A DNA stretch of 64,000 nucleotides from Promethearchaeota archaeon (GTDB taxonomy: Archaea > Asgardarchaeota > Lokiarchaeia > Sigyniarchaeales > SOKP01): positions 32,001 through 96,000 of the forward strand of contig JAUVXW010000005.1 of the NCBI GenBank assembly GCA_030603385.1. Reading direction: 5' to 3'. The position numbers were made by a program, and so were the translations under genes. This document shows positions 1 to 9,751 of the stretch, piece by piece (position 1 is the first letter of the stretch; the number at the start of each line of letters is the position of its first letter). The notes below the pieces were generated by a model. That model saw only the letters and a list, made by a program, of their open reading frames with translations. It was not told the DNA's origin and did not search any database.

Positions 1-1231
1 TATCTGAAAGGGAAACAATACTTTTAGTGCTAATTTGATTATAAAACTTCTGAATGAATTCCTGTTTCCCTCTACTAAGATTTCGAACATAATTTTTAAA
101 TTCAATATTATTATCTAAAATTCTAATATTAAAATTATAATTGAGATTAATATATGAGATGAGGTCTTCAATATCATTGGATAATCCAAATGTAGTTTTT
201 AATTGGTTTAGATCAATATAATTTTCTTTTTCTAATTCTTTAAACAATACTCTTTCTATTTCACCAATAAACTTTTTCCAAATTAATGATAAAAGAATTA
301 TCAGTTTTGAAATTTCCATCAATTGAATAGTGGTCCAATTTTCTTCGCTACTTAAGACTTCATTTAATTTATTATTGATATAAATATACACGCCTGAAGG
401 ATTATAATCTAATAACCATGAATAAATATTAAGGATATACACTATCCAAAAAGTTTCATTAAGATTTTCTGTTTGATTAAAACCAAATCCACCAGTCTCT
501 TTTTGAAATTGAAGAAGATATTGGAGTTCCTTATCTTTAACTTCGGATTCTAAATCCAAATATTTCAAACATAAAAATTTATAAATTATAGCTTGGGTCT
601 TTTTTTTACTATCCCCGATATACGAACGGAATTGTTCTCTACTATTTCGAATATCTACACCTAAAAGCGTGAAAATTTCTAATACGTAAAATAGAGTCCT
701 TGCTGGAGAGATTACTCTACAGATAACACACTCTTTATCATGACAATGTAGAAATGAATTTCCTTTCCTAAGTGATAAAATAAAGTTTTTAATCTCTTCC
801 TTAATATGATTCTGACCTTCAGAAGAAAAATACTCTTTTAAAAGACCTAGACTTTTCAAGCTACCTAATGCTAAATAAGTAGAGTAAATATCGGGGTGTT
901 TTTGAGGATCAAGTGAAAGTTTAAAGCCTAATTGCTCATATTGTCTAATTTCACACTTTTTTATATATCTAAAGATCTCATTTCTAACTTTTTTCCTTTC
1001 TTCTTTAGTATATTTCCTAAATAAGGTAAACCAAAACACATTTTCTAGGGTTAAGTTAGGCTCATTTAGTAAATTATCTTTAAAATAATTATAAAATGAA
1101 ACTAATTTGTTAAAATCCCTTAAATAATAGTTCCCAATATTTCTTTTTTTAATATTGACAAATGATCTAAATGGCTCTTTCTTAAATTTAGTAATATATG
1201 GATAAGCAGACTTCTGTTCTATATTAAGCAA
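1..1231 (-). CDS. Prenyltransferase/squalene-oxidase repeat (alpha-alpha barrel) protein, runs off the window edge (partial)
   Basis: Not in the ORF track. Manual translation from TTG at 1231 gives MLNIEQKSAYPYITKFKKEPF...; sampled segments down to base 1 are open in this frame. Contains repeat motifs 'HPDIYSTYLALGSLKSLGLL' and 'YLLQFQKETGGFGFNQTENLNETFW'. Confidence 0.65.
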   Translation of the reverse strand, partial: MLNIEQKSAYPYITKFKKEPFRSFVNIKKRNIGNYYLRDFNKLVSFYNYFKDNLLNEPNLTLENVFWFTLFRKYTKEERKKVRNEIFRYIKKCEIRQYEQLGFKLSLDPQKHPDIYSTYLALGSLKSLGLLKEYFSSEGQNHIKEEIKNFILSLRKGNSFLHCHDKECVICRVISPARTLFYVLEIFTLLGVDIRNSREQFRSYIGDSKKKTQAIIYKFLCLKYLDLESEVKDKELQYLLQFQKETGGFGFNQTENLNETFWIVYILNIYSWLLDYNPSGVYIYINNKLNEVLSSEENWTTIQLMEISKLIILLSLIWKKFIGEIERVLFKELEKENYIDLNQLKTTFGLSNDIEDLISYINLNYNFNIRILDNNIEFKNYVRNLSRGKQEFIQKFYNQISTKSIVSLSD

Positions 1232-1452
1232 ATTAAAATAAACCTGAAAAACTAAATATTATTATTTTGTAATTAATGAAAATCTTGACATATATTTTTG
1301 TTGAAATTAGAATTATTATGTTTAATTTTAGTTTAGTGAAAACAAGATACTTAAAACTATTAGAATTGCCTTAATAGATTGTTATTAAATCGTGTTAATG
1401 AAAAGAACAAGAAAAAAATAATGTATTTCAATAAATTACTCCGGCTATATCA

Positions 1453-2070
1453 TTATTGCTTTTTAGATGATGAGTAAGCGTGTTTCCTAGTAAAATATAC
1501 GAAGATACTTGCGATTACAACAGAAGCTATAATGAGATATAATATACCATATAGATATCCCGGTGATCTTGAAGTATAAACTGCCACATAAATGTATATA
1601 ACTCCTGACATGCCTAAATTCTCATTTACAGAAGAATCTTTAGCTGTCACCTTAAAAAAATATGTCATATGATTAGGATAGGATGTTATATTATCCCATG
1701 TGAAAGACCATTTGCTTCCTTCATCATTAATCATTGAAGCATTAAAGAGTGACGTAGTAGCATTTAAAACTTCTATTGAAACGTTTCCAAGTAAAGGTGG
1801 GTTGTCATCTGTAATATTCACGATTATATCATAAGATTTACCCGTAAAAAGTGTATCATTTATGTCAGGTTTAATAAACACGATAACAGGGGCAGTTGTA
1901 TCATTATTAGCAGATTTAATTGTATAAGGGAATTTACGTTCATCCATTATATCATCAGTACCAATAGTAGTTAAGGGTGTCTGTGGAATAATAAGAACAG
2001 TGAGATTGGCAAAACAAATAATAAATAGAAGCACAATCTTGGTTTTTCTCTTTGTTAACATAGCATTCAT
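1453..2070 (-). CDS. Secreted/surface Ig-like domain protein with C-terminal membrane anchor
   Basis: N-terminal hydrophobic signal, 'DTTAPVI' and 'YFFKVTAKDSS' Ig-like motifs, many N-x-S/T sequons, C-terminal 'SPGY'-TM-basic tail. Confidence 0.65.
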   Translation of the reverse strand: MNAMLTKRKTKIVLLFIICFANLTVLIIPQTPLTTIGTDDIMDERKFPYTIKSANNDTTAPVIVFIKPDINDTLFTGKSYDIIVNITDDNPPLLGNVSIEVLNATTSLFNASMINDEGSKWSFTWDNITSYPNHMTYFFKVTAKDSSVNENLGMSGVIYIYVAVYTSRSPGYLYGILYLIIASVVIASIFVYFTRKHAYSSSKKQ

Positions 2071-2220
2071 TTGTGATTCTATACAAATGTTATATTAAGT
2101 AAGAATAAATTCTAAGTTTCATATAAAGTTAAGTCAGAAAAATATCAGCAGTTAGAATTTAAAAAAATATGTCATAATTTTATTCTTTATTAGAATAAAA
2201 TGCAAAAAAAAAGAATTAAG

Positions 2221-3741
2221 TTATAGTTGAGGAGTATTGTTAAAACTCCAAGTATTTTTTATTCCTAAGTTATCTTGAATCAAAGGTGACTGAATATCAT
2301 TTATCGTCAGCACTTGTCCTGAAGGTATCCAATTTTTAGCATAATTAAAAGCCTCTTCTATCGTTCGATTTTGACTCAATTGAACCCAAAAATGATGAAA
2401 GAACCAAGTTCCTGCAAAACCATCAGCATTATTGTTATTTCGCCAACACCATGAAAGAACGTCTGTAGACGAAGTGATTAGAATAGCTTTTGGTAGGTCA
2501 TACCAACTGTATGGATCTTGATGAAGAAAATTACCGCTAAAACAAATATCGATATTTATCAGCATTCTCTCACAATTAATCTGCTTTATGAGATTAAAAA
2601 ATTCTAGTTCAGTAATATAGCTATCATCTGCCTCGAAATGGAATGTAGCATTTCCATCACCGAGTACTGCATTTGAACCATGGTCCACCATATAGAGTAT
2701 CAATTGATCTTTTGACTTAATGCTGGAGGCAAAAGAACCAGAAACAGAAATATTCAATTCTTGTTTAAACCTACTTGCATTTACATCATCATTTTCTACA
2801 TCAATTTTTGCAACAACTCCAGACCTATTTAAATCGTTAGGAATCCCATCAGACGTTTCAATATCTATCACATCATCCCCAGTATGATAAAGCATTAAAA
2901 ATATATTATCATCTGTGTATCCCTGATCCTTTAAAATCCAGTAAACTTGGAGGGCTTGAGCGGGAAAACCATCTGAGTTGATATTACTTGGTGGTGGTGT
3001 CGGAATTGGAGGCGGAAACCAATATTCTACTTTGACATCATCAAAAAGCACCATCTCCCCTCCAGTCATATTACCCTCAACTGCTAAAACTAAATGTAAT
3101 TGTGTGATTTCGTTTATAGAAGAACTATTGGCAATACCAGTTGCATTTAAAAATGTCCATCCCGCAAAAGGTCCAAAAATACCATTTGACCAGTCTGTTC
3201 TCACTACAACATTGCTAGAATTTAACCATCGTAAACCTATTCTTGCTCCAGCCCCGGGAGGTATTATTACAGCAGGATTAATAGGTGGTGTGTTTATATT
3301 AGTTGTGATATTAACCCATGCGGATAGATTATATGCCGCAAATTTGAATAGTGGATAATATTTTGTCCAATTGTATACTAATTCCATATTAACATATTTA
3401 GGTGTGGCTGGAGTTTTAACAATAAATTGTACAAACCCAGGAGTATCATGTCCAGGTAGATTACTCTCTTGTACTATATATCCATTGGGAAAATCTACAA
3501 ACTGGGGCCATCTATTGGTTTCAGTACTAAAGTTCGCATCTTCCCCATTATTGAAATCAGGAAAACCCTCCTTTCTATAGAAATCGTTTGCACTACATAG
3601 AATAATTGCTTTTCTCTCTCCCGGGATTTCCTCTCTTCGTGTTGTTTGGAGGTATAATGGCAAAAAAGAAAAAATCAAGACCATTATCAATATAAAAACA
3701 ACCAGAGGACCGTATTTCATTAAATTTTTTTTCGATTCCAT
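2221..3741 (-). CDS. Membrane-anchored peptidase C13 (legumain/GPI-transamidase-like, caspase fold) with inserted beta-sandwich domain
   Basis: N-terminal TM; 'KAIILCS' first strand; 'YWILKDQGYTDDNI'; His in 'LYMVDHGS' and Cys in 'IDICFSG' match the clan CD catalytic dyad. Confidence 0.75.
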   Translation of the reverse strand: MESKKNLMKYGPLVVFILIMVLIFSFLPLYLQTTRREEIPGERKAIILCSANDFYRKEGFPDFNNGEDANFSTETNRWPQFVDFPNGYIVQESNLPGHDTPGFVQFIVKTPATPKYVNMELVYNWTKYYPLFKFAAYNLSAWVNITTNINTPPINPAVIIPPGAGARIGLRWLNSSNVVVRTDWSNGIFGPFAGWTFLNATGIANSSSINEITQLHLVLAVEGNMTGGEMVLFDDVKVEYWFPPPIPTPPPSNINSDGFPAQALQVYWILKDQGYTDDNIFLMLYHTGDDVIDIETSDGIPNDLNRSGVVAKIDVENDDVNASRFKQELNISVSGSFASSIKSKDQLILYMVDHGSNAVLGDGNATFHFEADDSYITELEFFNLIKQINCERMLINIDICFSGNFLHQDPYSWYDLPKAILITSSTDVLSWCWRNNNNADGFAGTWFFHHFWVQLSQNRTIEEAFNYAKNWIPSGQVLTINDIQSPLIQDNLGIKNTWSFNNTPQL

Positions 3742-3855
3742 TAAATATCACATAGTTTTAATTTGATTTCAGTTATAAAATAATACTAAAATAATTGTAC
3801 TTTAAAGTAGAATTACGCGATTTTTTAATTTAAATCTTACTTTTCTTCTTTATTA

Positions 3856-4266
3856 ATTACTAAGTTTTATATTCAATATAAACATGAATTTCCTGATTGG
3901 GGTTTTTTAACTAGGGACTTTATTAATGATGAAATACGTGAAAGAATAATATTTGGAGCTTTATTTGATCGTAAATTGTATTATAGTGTCGAAAAAGGCA
4001 ATCTAATTGAACTTGAATTAGAATTAACTCAAAATCATCCTTCAATACCTATTGAGATCATAAATTTGGGAAAACTAAACACTTTAGTTGTTTATATACA
4101 TGATATGGATACAATAATGCCTGATTTTGGAGTAATATTGGAATCACTAAATAATCTGACCATAGTTACAGACATCCCTTTAGAACAGATTGACATTCCT
4201 TTAGAAAATTTTCCAAGATTAACATTTAATATTGTAAAGAGAAAAATAGTATTGTTTGACAGATGA
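3856..4266 (+). CDS. Hypothetical protein; probably begins upstream of the tracked TTG (3976), possibly at ATT 3856
   Basis: Frame is open from 3829 with protein-like sequence TKFYIQYKHEFPDWGFLTRDFINDEIRERIIFGALFDRK; no ATG/GTG/TTG before 3976. Confidence 0.45.
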   Translation: MTKFYIQYKHEFPDWGFLTRDFINDEIRERIIFGALFDRKLYYSVEKGNLIELELELTQNHPSIPIEIINLGKLNTLVVYIHDMDTIMPDFGVILESLNNLTIVTDIPLEQIDIPLENFPRLTFNIVKRKIVLFDR

Positions 4267-4322
4267 TAATTCCAATTAGTCTAAGTCATTAGTATCTGTT
4301 AGATTACACAATCTATAGAATT

Positions 4323-4341
4323 AAAAAAAAAAAAAAAAAAA
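4323..4341 (-). terminator. Poly-T (19 nt) archaeal-type terminator downstream of the 4359..5780 gene
   Basis: Run of 19 A on + strand immediately 3' of a minus-strand stop codon. Confidence 0.55.
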
Positions 4342-4358
4342 TTAAACGAGGCATTCGC

Positions 4359-5780
4359 TTATTTTTTAGGCTTTTCTTCCATTGACTCTCTGATAGATGG
4401 GCTTAAGAAATCGTCTTCATTGGGCTTCTCTAAAATATCCAAAATATTATATTCTGTAATCATTTGAAGAACACCCATAACAACCATACCGTGATTGTAT
4501 TGATCATTAGCATCGTAAAGATTTCTCCAACAGAAGGGGCATTCGGTTGTTAAAATGTCCGCACCTACTGCATTCGCTTCATCACATCGAAGACTTGCGG
4601 TTCTGAGAGAAAATTCAGGATACCCTGCCCTCACACCTCCACCAGCTCCACAACACATACTATCAAGTTTTATGCGGTACATCTCTTTGAATACTATTCC
4701 TACATCTTCTTCAAGTTTTCTAAGAATTACACGTGGAACTTCATACCAATCATCAATCATTCTCTTAATTTTTCGGCTGTCCATCATTAGATTTTCTGAT
4801 TTCTCAATCATCTCTTGTTCCATATCAACTGCAAAATGTCTACCAGTGTGACAAGGATCATGATAAGTAACAACTTTACCTTTCAATTCTTTGTTAGGTT
4901 TGAATTTGATTTTCTCTTGTTGGACTAACCTTGCCACTAGTTCAAATGCATGTTGAGTTTTAAAAGGAAGTTCTTCGTCTTCAGCCATCCATTTTGGGTA
5001 ATCAATAGTAATAGTTCGATAACAACCAGCACAGCTGAAATACACCATTTCCATGTTTTTAAAAGCTTCAAGATTTTTCCTCATTAATCCCTGTGCTGTA
5101 TCAACTGCTCCTATCCTGAAAAATGGACTTCCACAACATACTTCGTCTGCAACTAGCGTGAAATTCATACCTAATTGTTCAAATAACTTAGCAGTCGTAA
5201 CAGCAACCTCTATTTGTCGATAACTCGCAGTACATCCGACATAATAAGCAATTTTCGCATCTTTATTGTCAATAAATTTTCCCAAGCCCGCATCTTTAGC
5301 CCATTTAAATCTATCAGCAGCAGCACCACCGTATGGGTTATTTCGCTCTTTCACTAGTTTGTCTACTAATTCGTGTTTTTCAATCATCGGTACTCCTGAT
5401 TCTATACAAGCTGCCCTTAAAGCTTCAATAATATCGACAGTACGAATTTTATTATCACATTGAGCTGAACATTGACCGCATGTAATACATGGTAAAAGAA
5501 CATCTCTAACTTCTTCAGTAATTTCTAAGTCACCAGTTAAGATACAACGAGCGATCCACATCTTACCTGCATTCCAAAAGGCTTCCCACCCATATTCAAT
5601 ACCAGCTGGACAAGCATCTATTATACCTTCATAAAGTACAGTTCCTTGTTTACCAGTAAACTCACCAATGCCTTCTCTATCAGGTTCACCACTGTAAGCA
5701 GATCTGCAAGCTTTACAGTGAATACATTTATAAATATCCATTTTAAGCTCTTCGAGCCTTTCCATTCCAGTTTTTGCCAT
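4359..5780 (-). CDS. Fe-S oxidoreductase with two CCG domains (HdrD/GlcF-like)
   Basis: CIHCKAC...CP and CITCGQCSAQC ferredoxin motifs; YVGC...CCG...SCAGC and YHDPCH...CCGAGGG...CPFC CCG-domain motifs. Confidence 0.9.
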   Translation of the reverse strand: MAKTGMERLEELKMDIYKCIHCKACRSAYSGEPDREGIGEFTGKQGTVLYEGIIDACPAGIEYGWEAFWNAGKMWIARCILTGDLEITEEVRDVLLPCITCGQCSAQCDNKIRTVDIIEALRAACIESGVPMIEKHELVDKLVKERNNPYGGAAADRFKWAKDAGLGKFIDNKDAKIAYYVGCTASYRQIEVAVTTAKLFEQLGMNFTLVADEVCCGSPFFRIGAVDTAQGLMRKNLEAFKNMEMVYFSCAGCYRTITIDYPKWMAEDEELPFKTQHAFELVARLVQQEKIKFKPNKELKGKVVTYHDPCHTGRHFAVDMEQEMIEKSENLMMDSRKIKRMIDDWYEVPRVILRKLEEDVGIVFKEMYRIKLDSMCCGAGGGVRAGYPEFSLRTASLRCDEANAVGADILTTECPFCWRNLYDANDQYNHGMVVMGVLQMITEYNILDILEKPNEDDFLSPSIRESMEEKPKK

Positions 5781-5801
5781 TTTTTTCTTTACCTCCTTTA
5801 T

Positions 5802-7292
5802 TTATGGAAGAGCGAGTCTTCCTGGATGCATTATCATATTAGGATCTACCATTTTTTTAAACATTCGTAAGTATTTCCAGTACATTGCAGCTTGATAATA
5901 CGCTTGGATATGAATGTATGGATCTGGTCTATAATTCAACCAACCTTGTTTTAACGCATACTCAGTTGTCTCTCTATTCATATCTTGAACCTTCTCAAGG
6001 TTTTTGGGATCCATACTATCAAAACAAACGATAGGCATACATATGGCTTGTCTACATCGCTCAATAGAAGCAATCCACATTACTGGTGGAAATCCATATT
6101 TCTCCATAGCTTTAGTATACATCTCGGCGAAATGTGCGCATTCTGGCCACGGGACGTACCAAGTAATAAATAGGAAACCTGCTTCCCAGAAACTATATGG
6201 AATAGCAATTTTATTAGGTTTTTTCATCCTGCTTGCGATCTGTTTGGGATGGAGTTGTTGTTTTATAAGGGCATCAGGATCTTTTGCTCTTTTCTTAAAG
6301 TCCTCGGCCATTTTATCAATCCTGTTAGTTACATAATCCAATTCTTCTTGTGTCTGTGCCCAACACTCCCAATTCATCCACCACTGAGAGATTCCTATTT
6401 CTTTATAGAAAGCATAATCATGGGGGATTTTATCTTTGGGCCATCGTGCCATAACAAGGGGATAATTACCTCCTTGAACCATTACAGTGTTGTGAGCGAT
6501 ACCAAATTCTTGTTTAGCAATCTCAAGAGTTAGATCTTGCATATCATAAGGATTAGACATACCCCAAACAACTACAGTCTTATGCTTGGGGTGAGGATAT
6601 ATTTTCACGGCAACTTTAGTAACTACACCAAGCGAACCTTGAGATCCCATTAAGAACGACCACATGTCAGGTCCAAGACCATATTTATAAAATGGTTTCG
6701 CAGTTGGTAATGCCCAAGACCCAGTTCGCACAACATCACCATTAGGGAATACAACCTCCCCGCACATGAAGTTATCTCCTTGCGGTCCAACAGAGCTCGT
6801 GTAGAGTGAAAAACCTCTATCAATAGCATCACCCATAACAGTTGCTGCAGGTGGAGCACCATCAGGGATAGGAGGTGCCCAATCAGGATGGTGTTTATGC
6901 ATATAAGCCCAAAGTTCACCATTCGTGACCCCTGGCTCTACGATACAAAACCTGTTTTCTTCATCAATTTCAATAATTCGGTTCATTCTCCCTAAATCGA
7001 GCAGAACCCCTCCAGGTTTGATCGTCGGACATGCAAATCCACCCGATAATCCGCCGGAAACAGGGCTAACCGCAATCTTTTCTTGAGTGCAATATACTAA
7101 GATTTTACGTATCTCTTCTACATATTTTGGACGAACAACGATATCAGGAATTTGACTCTCTAAGCCCATGACAGACTTTGAAAGATAAGAGGCAGTAATT
7201 GCTTTGTTATTTGTAGCATATTCTTTACCGACAATTCCTATCATGGCTTGTAAATCCTTCTCATTTGGAAGTTTATAGCTCATAATTTCCAA
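5802..7292 (-). CDS. FAD-binding oxidoreductase, VAO/PCMH-GlcD family
   Basis: 'PDIVVRP...GG...LDLGRMNRIIEIDEENRFCIVEPGV', 'GSQGSLGVVT', C-terminal 'VDPNMIMHPG'. Confidence 0.9.
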   Translation of the reverse strand: MEIMSYKLPNEKDLQAMIGIVGKEYATNNKAITASYLSKSVMGLESQIPDIVVRPKYVEEIRKILVYCTQEKIAVSPVSGGLSGGFACPTIKPGGVLLDLGRMNRIIEIDEENRFCIVEPGVTNGELWAYMHKHHPDWAPPIPDGAPPAATVMGDAIDRGFSLYTSSVGPQGDNFMCGEVVFPNGDVVRTGSWALPTAKPFYKYGLGPDMWSFLMGSQGSLGVVTKVAVKIYPHPKHKTVVVWGMSNPYDMQDLTLEIAKQEFGIAHNTVMVQGGNYPLVMARWPKDKIPHDYAFYKEIGISQWWMNWECWAQTQEELDYVTNRIDKMAEDFKKRAKDPDALIKQQLHPKQIASRMKKPNKIAIPYSFWEAGFLFITWYVPWPECAHFAEMYTKAMEKYGFPPVMWIASIERCRQAICMPIVCFDSMDPKNLEKVQDMNRETTEYALKQGWLNYRPDPYIHIQAYYQAAMYWKYLRMFKKMVDPNMIMHPGRLALP

Positions 7293-7481
7293 CCTTTTAA
7301 TTTATCTTCAATTTTTTGTTTTTTTATAAAATAATTTAATATTTTGGTAAATTAAGTACTGAATTTTAAATTTTCTTATATCTTTTTCATACTAAAGATG
7401 AATTCTCCTTATAGAGAATATGTATTACTTTTTAAAATGGATATATCTACTAAAATAAGGATATTTTATTAAAAATCTCAA

Positions 7482-8024
7482 TCAAATTTCTTGATCCAAT
7501 TGAATATGATTATAAATTTCGTTGAATTTAGAATCAATTAAAGATCTATCACGTCTTTTATCACATAGTAAAAATTCTCGAAATTCTTTATTATCTACTT
7601 CAATAAATTCCCAAAATTCTTCATAAATGTCTTTTAATGTTTTCTTTTTTAATATAATCTTCTGTGCTAATTCTCTGTCTTCTTCATTTCTAATATGATT
7701 TGATGATTTGGGGTGTAAAGTCCTATCAGCAGAAATTAGTTCTTTGCCTTCCTTTTCACTTTGATTAAATGCTTTAACTCCATTCCTTAATTTTTTTGAA
7801 TTTTCGTTATTTAATTCAAAATCTACTTTCTGATACCCACGAATTTGTAAATTCTTATCTACAAAAACCTGAAAATGATGGGGGCAAATCAATCCTTTAT
7901 GGATTGAAATTGTAGTCAAATGAGAGTTATTATTTAACTCTCTTTCTGGTACTCCAATAAGATCCTTCGTCTTACAAATTGGGCATATTATCTGAATTTT
8001 TTTGGTAGTAATTGGAACTAGCAT
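7482..8024 (-). CDS. Hypothetical Zn-ribbon protein (paralog of 43415..44263)
   Basis: CPIC...CPHHFQVFVDKNLQIRGYQKVD N-terminal domain. Confidence 0.7.
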   Translation of the reverse strand: MLVPITTKKIQIICPICKTKDLIGVPERELNNNSHLTTISIHKGLICPHHFQVFVDKNLQIRGYQKVDFELNNENSKKLRNGVKAFNQSEKEGKELISADRTLHPKSSNHIRNEEDRELAQKIILKKKTLKDIYEEFWEFIEVDNKEFREFLLCDKRRDRSLIDSKFNEIYNHIQLDQEI

Positions 8025-8209
8025 TATATTGTTAGAATATAGATACTATTCACGTAGTTGATATTTATTTGAATCTAAATATTTAAACTCCAGAATTTCA
8101 TGACTATTAATTCAATATTGTCAAGATTTCATTGGATAACCCAATCTTTAAGTTCAAATCACAATTTTTTTTTATTATTATATTTTATTCAATTTAATCT
8201 TGATGAAGG

Positions 8210-9619
8210 TTGAGTAACATTTCAGAAATGGATGTTTTTTTTAATCCTAAGACCGTAGCAATAATAGGAGCATCAGAAAAACCAAAGTTTGGTATAGGAA
8301 CAACGACCTACCTTCTAAATTCTAAGTTTAAAACGTATCCAGTTAATATAAACAGTGATACAATTTTTGGTCATAAAGCTTATAAAAGTGTTAAAGATAT
8401 ACCAGATCGCATTGATTTAGCAATAATTATCGTTAGTAATGAATTTGTACTTCAATCCATAAAAGACTGTGTTGAAAAAGAAGTAAAAGGAATAATTATA
8501 GAATCAGCAGGATTTGCGGAAACAGGCACAGGAAAATACATAAAAATACAAAATAAAATCGAAACAATTGCAAAAGAATCAAAAATCCGAATTATAGGGC
8601 CAAATTGTATTGGAGTAACTAATTTTCATAACGAATTTACAACATCAGACATGGATTTTGAACAAGCAATAAAAGGTGATATTGCTGTCATAGCCCAATC
8701 GGGTGTATTAGGAAATGTTTTTATTGATTGGGCTAATAGTCAAGGGATTGGGTTTTCAAAATCAATGACTATTGGGAACAAAGTTGATGTTGACGAGGTT
8801 GATCTTTTAGAATATTTAAATACAGACCCCGAAACAAAAGTAATATCTCTTTACTTGGAAGGCACAAAAAGAGGTAAAGCACTAAAAGAAGCACTTGGAA
8901 AGATGACTAAACCGGTATTCATTCTTAAAAACGGGAGAAGTGACATCGGGACAAGAGCAGTTAAAAGTCATACTGGTTCAATAGCGGGGAATGATAAGAT
9001 TTATGATGCTCTTTTTAACCAATTCCCAAATGTCTTTAGAGTTGATAATTTTTATGAATTGTTTAATATTGCCCAAGTTTTTGCCACACAGCCTTTATTA
9101 AGAGGAGAAAATGTTGCAATTGTTACTGGCTCAGGAAGTTTAGGTGCTTTAGCTTGCGATGAAATTGAAAAGCAAGGTCTAAAGCTTGCTAATTTAGAAC
9201 AAACTACAATTGAAAAAATAAAATCTGTTATCCCAAATTGGGTATCAATAGGAGGAACCATTGATTTAGGACCTTCAATGTTTCAAACATTTATCCCTTC
9301 TATTAAGGCAATTTTCCAAGATAATAATGCCGACTGCATATTATATATTTTTTCAGTTCCAAGAGTACCACTCCAAAGAATGGCTTCATATGCTTTAGAA
9401 GGAATCAGAGCACAATTTACTGCTCTAAAACAATCTGCTGAAAAATTTAAGAAACCTTGTATTATTGTTTGTTTTGGCTCAAGATGGGTTTTTGACTTTG
9501 TAAGTGAAGCAGCAACACATTCTGAATTAAAATTAATTATTCCCATCATGACCAGAATAAATCAGGCGATAAAAGCCTTCAAAATGATGTATGAGTATGC
9601 AAAATCAGAAAAAAATTGA
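8210..9619 (+). CDS. acdA: Acyl-CoA synthetase (NDP-forming) alpha subunit
   Basis: 'NPKTVAIIGAS' CoA-binding fold, 'IGPNCIG', 'AQSG', 'GNKVDV', phospho-His motif 'SHTGS'. Confidence 0.85.
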   Translation: MSNISEMDVFFNPKTVAIIGASEKPKFGIGTTTYLLNSKFKTYPVNINSDTIFGHKAYKSVKDIPDRIDLAIIIVSNEFVLQSIKDCVEKEVKGIIIESAGFAETGTGKYIKIQNKIETIAKESKIRIIGPNCIGVTNFHNEFTTSDMDFEQAIKGDIAVIAQSGVLGNVFIDWANSQGIGFSKSMTIGNKVDVDEVDLLEYLNTDPETKVISLYLEGTKRGKALKEALGKMTKPVFILKNGRSDIGTRAVKSHTGSIAGNDKIYDALFNQFPNVFRVDNFYELFNIAQVFATQPLLRGENVAIVTGSGSLGALACDEIEKQGLKLANLEQTTIEKIKSVIPNWVSIGGTIDLGPSMFQTFIPSIKAIFQDNNADCILYIFSVPRVPLQRMASYALEGIRAQFTALKQSAEKFKKPCIIVCFGSRWVFDFVSEAATHSELKLIIPIMTRINQAIKAFKMMYEYAKSEKN

Positions 9620-9751
9620 GTAATTTTACCATTCTTATTCTGTCTTATTTTAGATCTTCTTCTAGTGTTTAAATACTAAATCTAAAAATTGGACCCCATA
9701 TTTTTTTAATTTGATAAAAATCACATTTTAATTAAGAAAAAATAATAAAAT

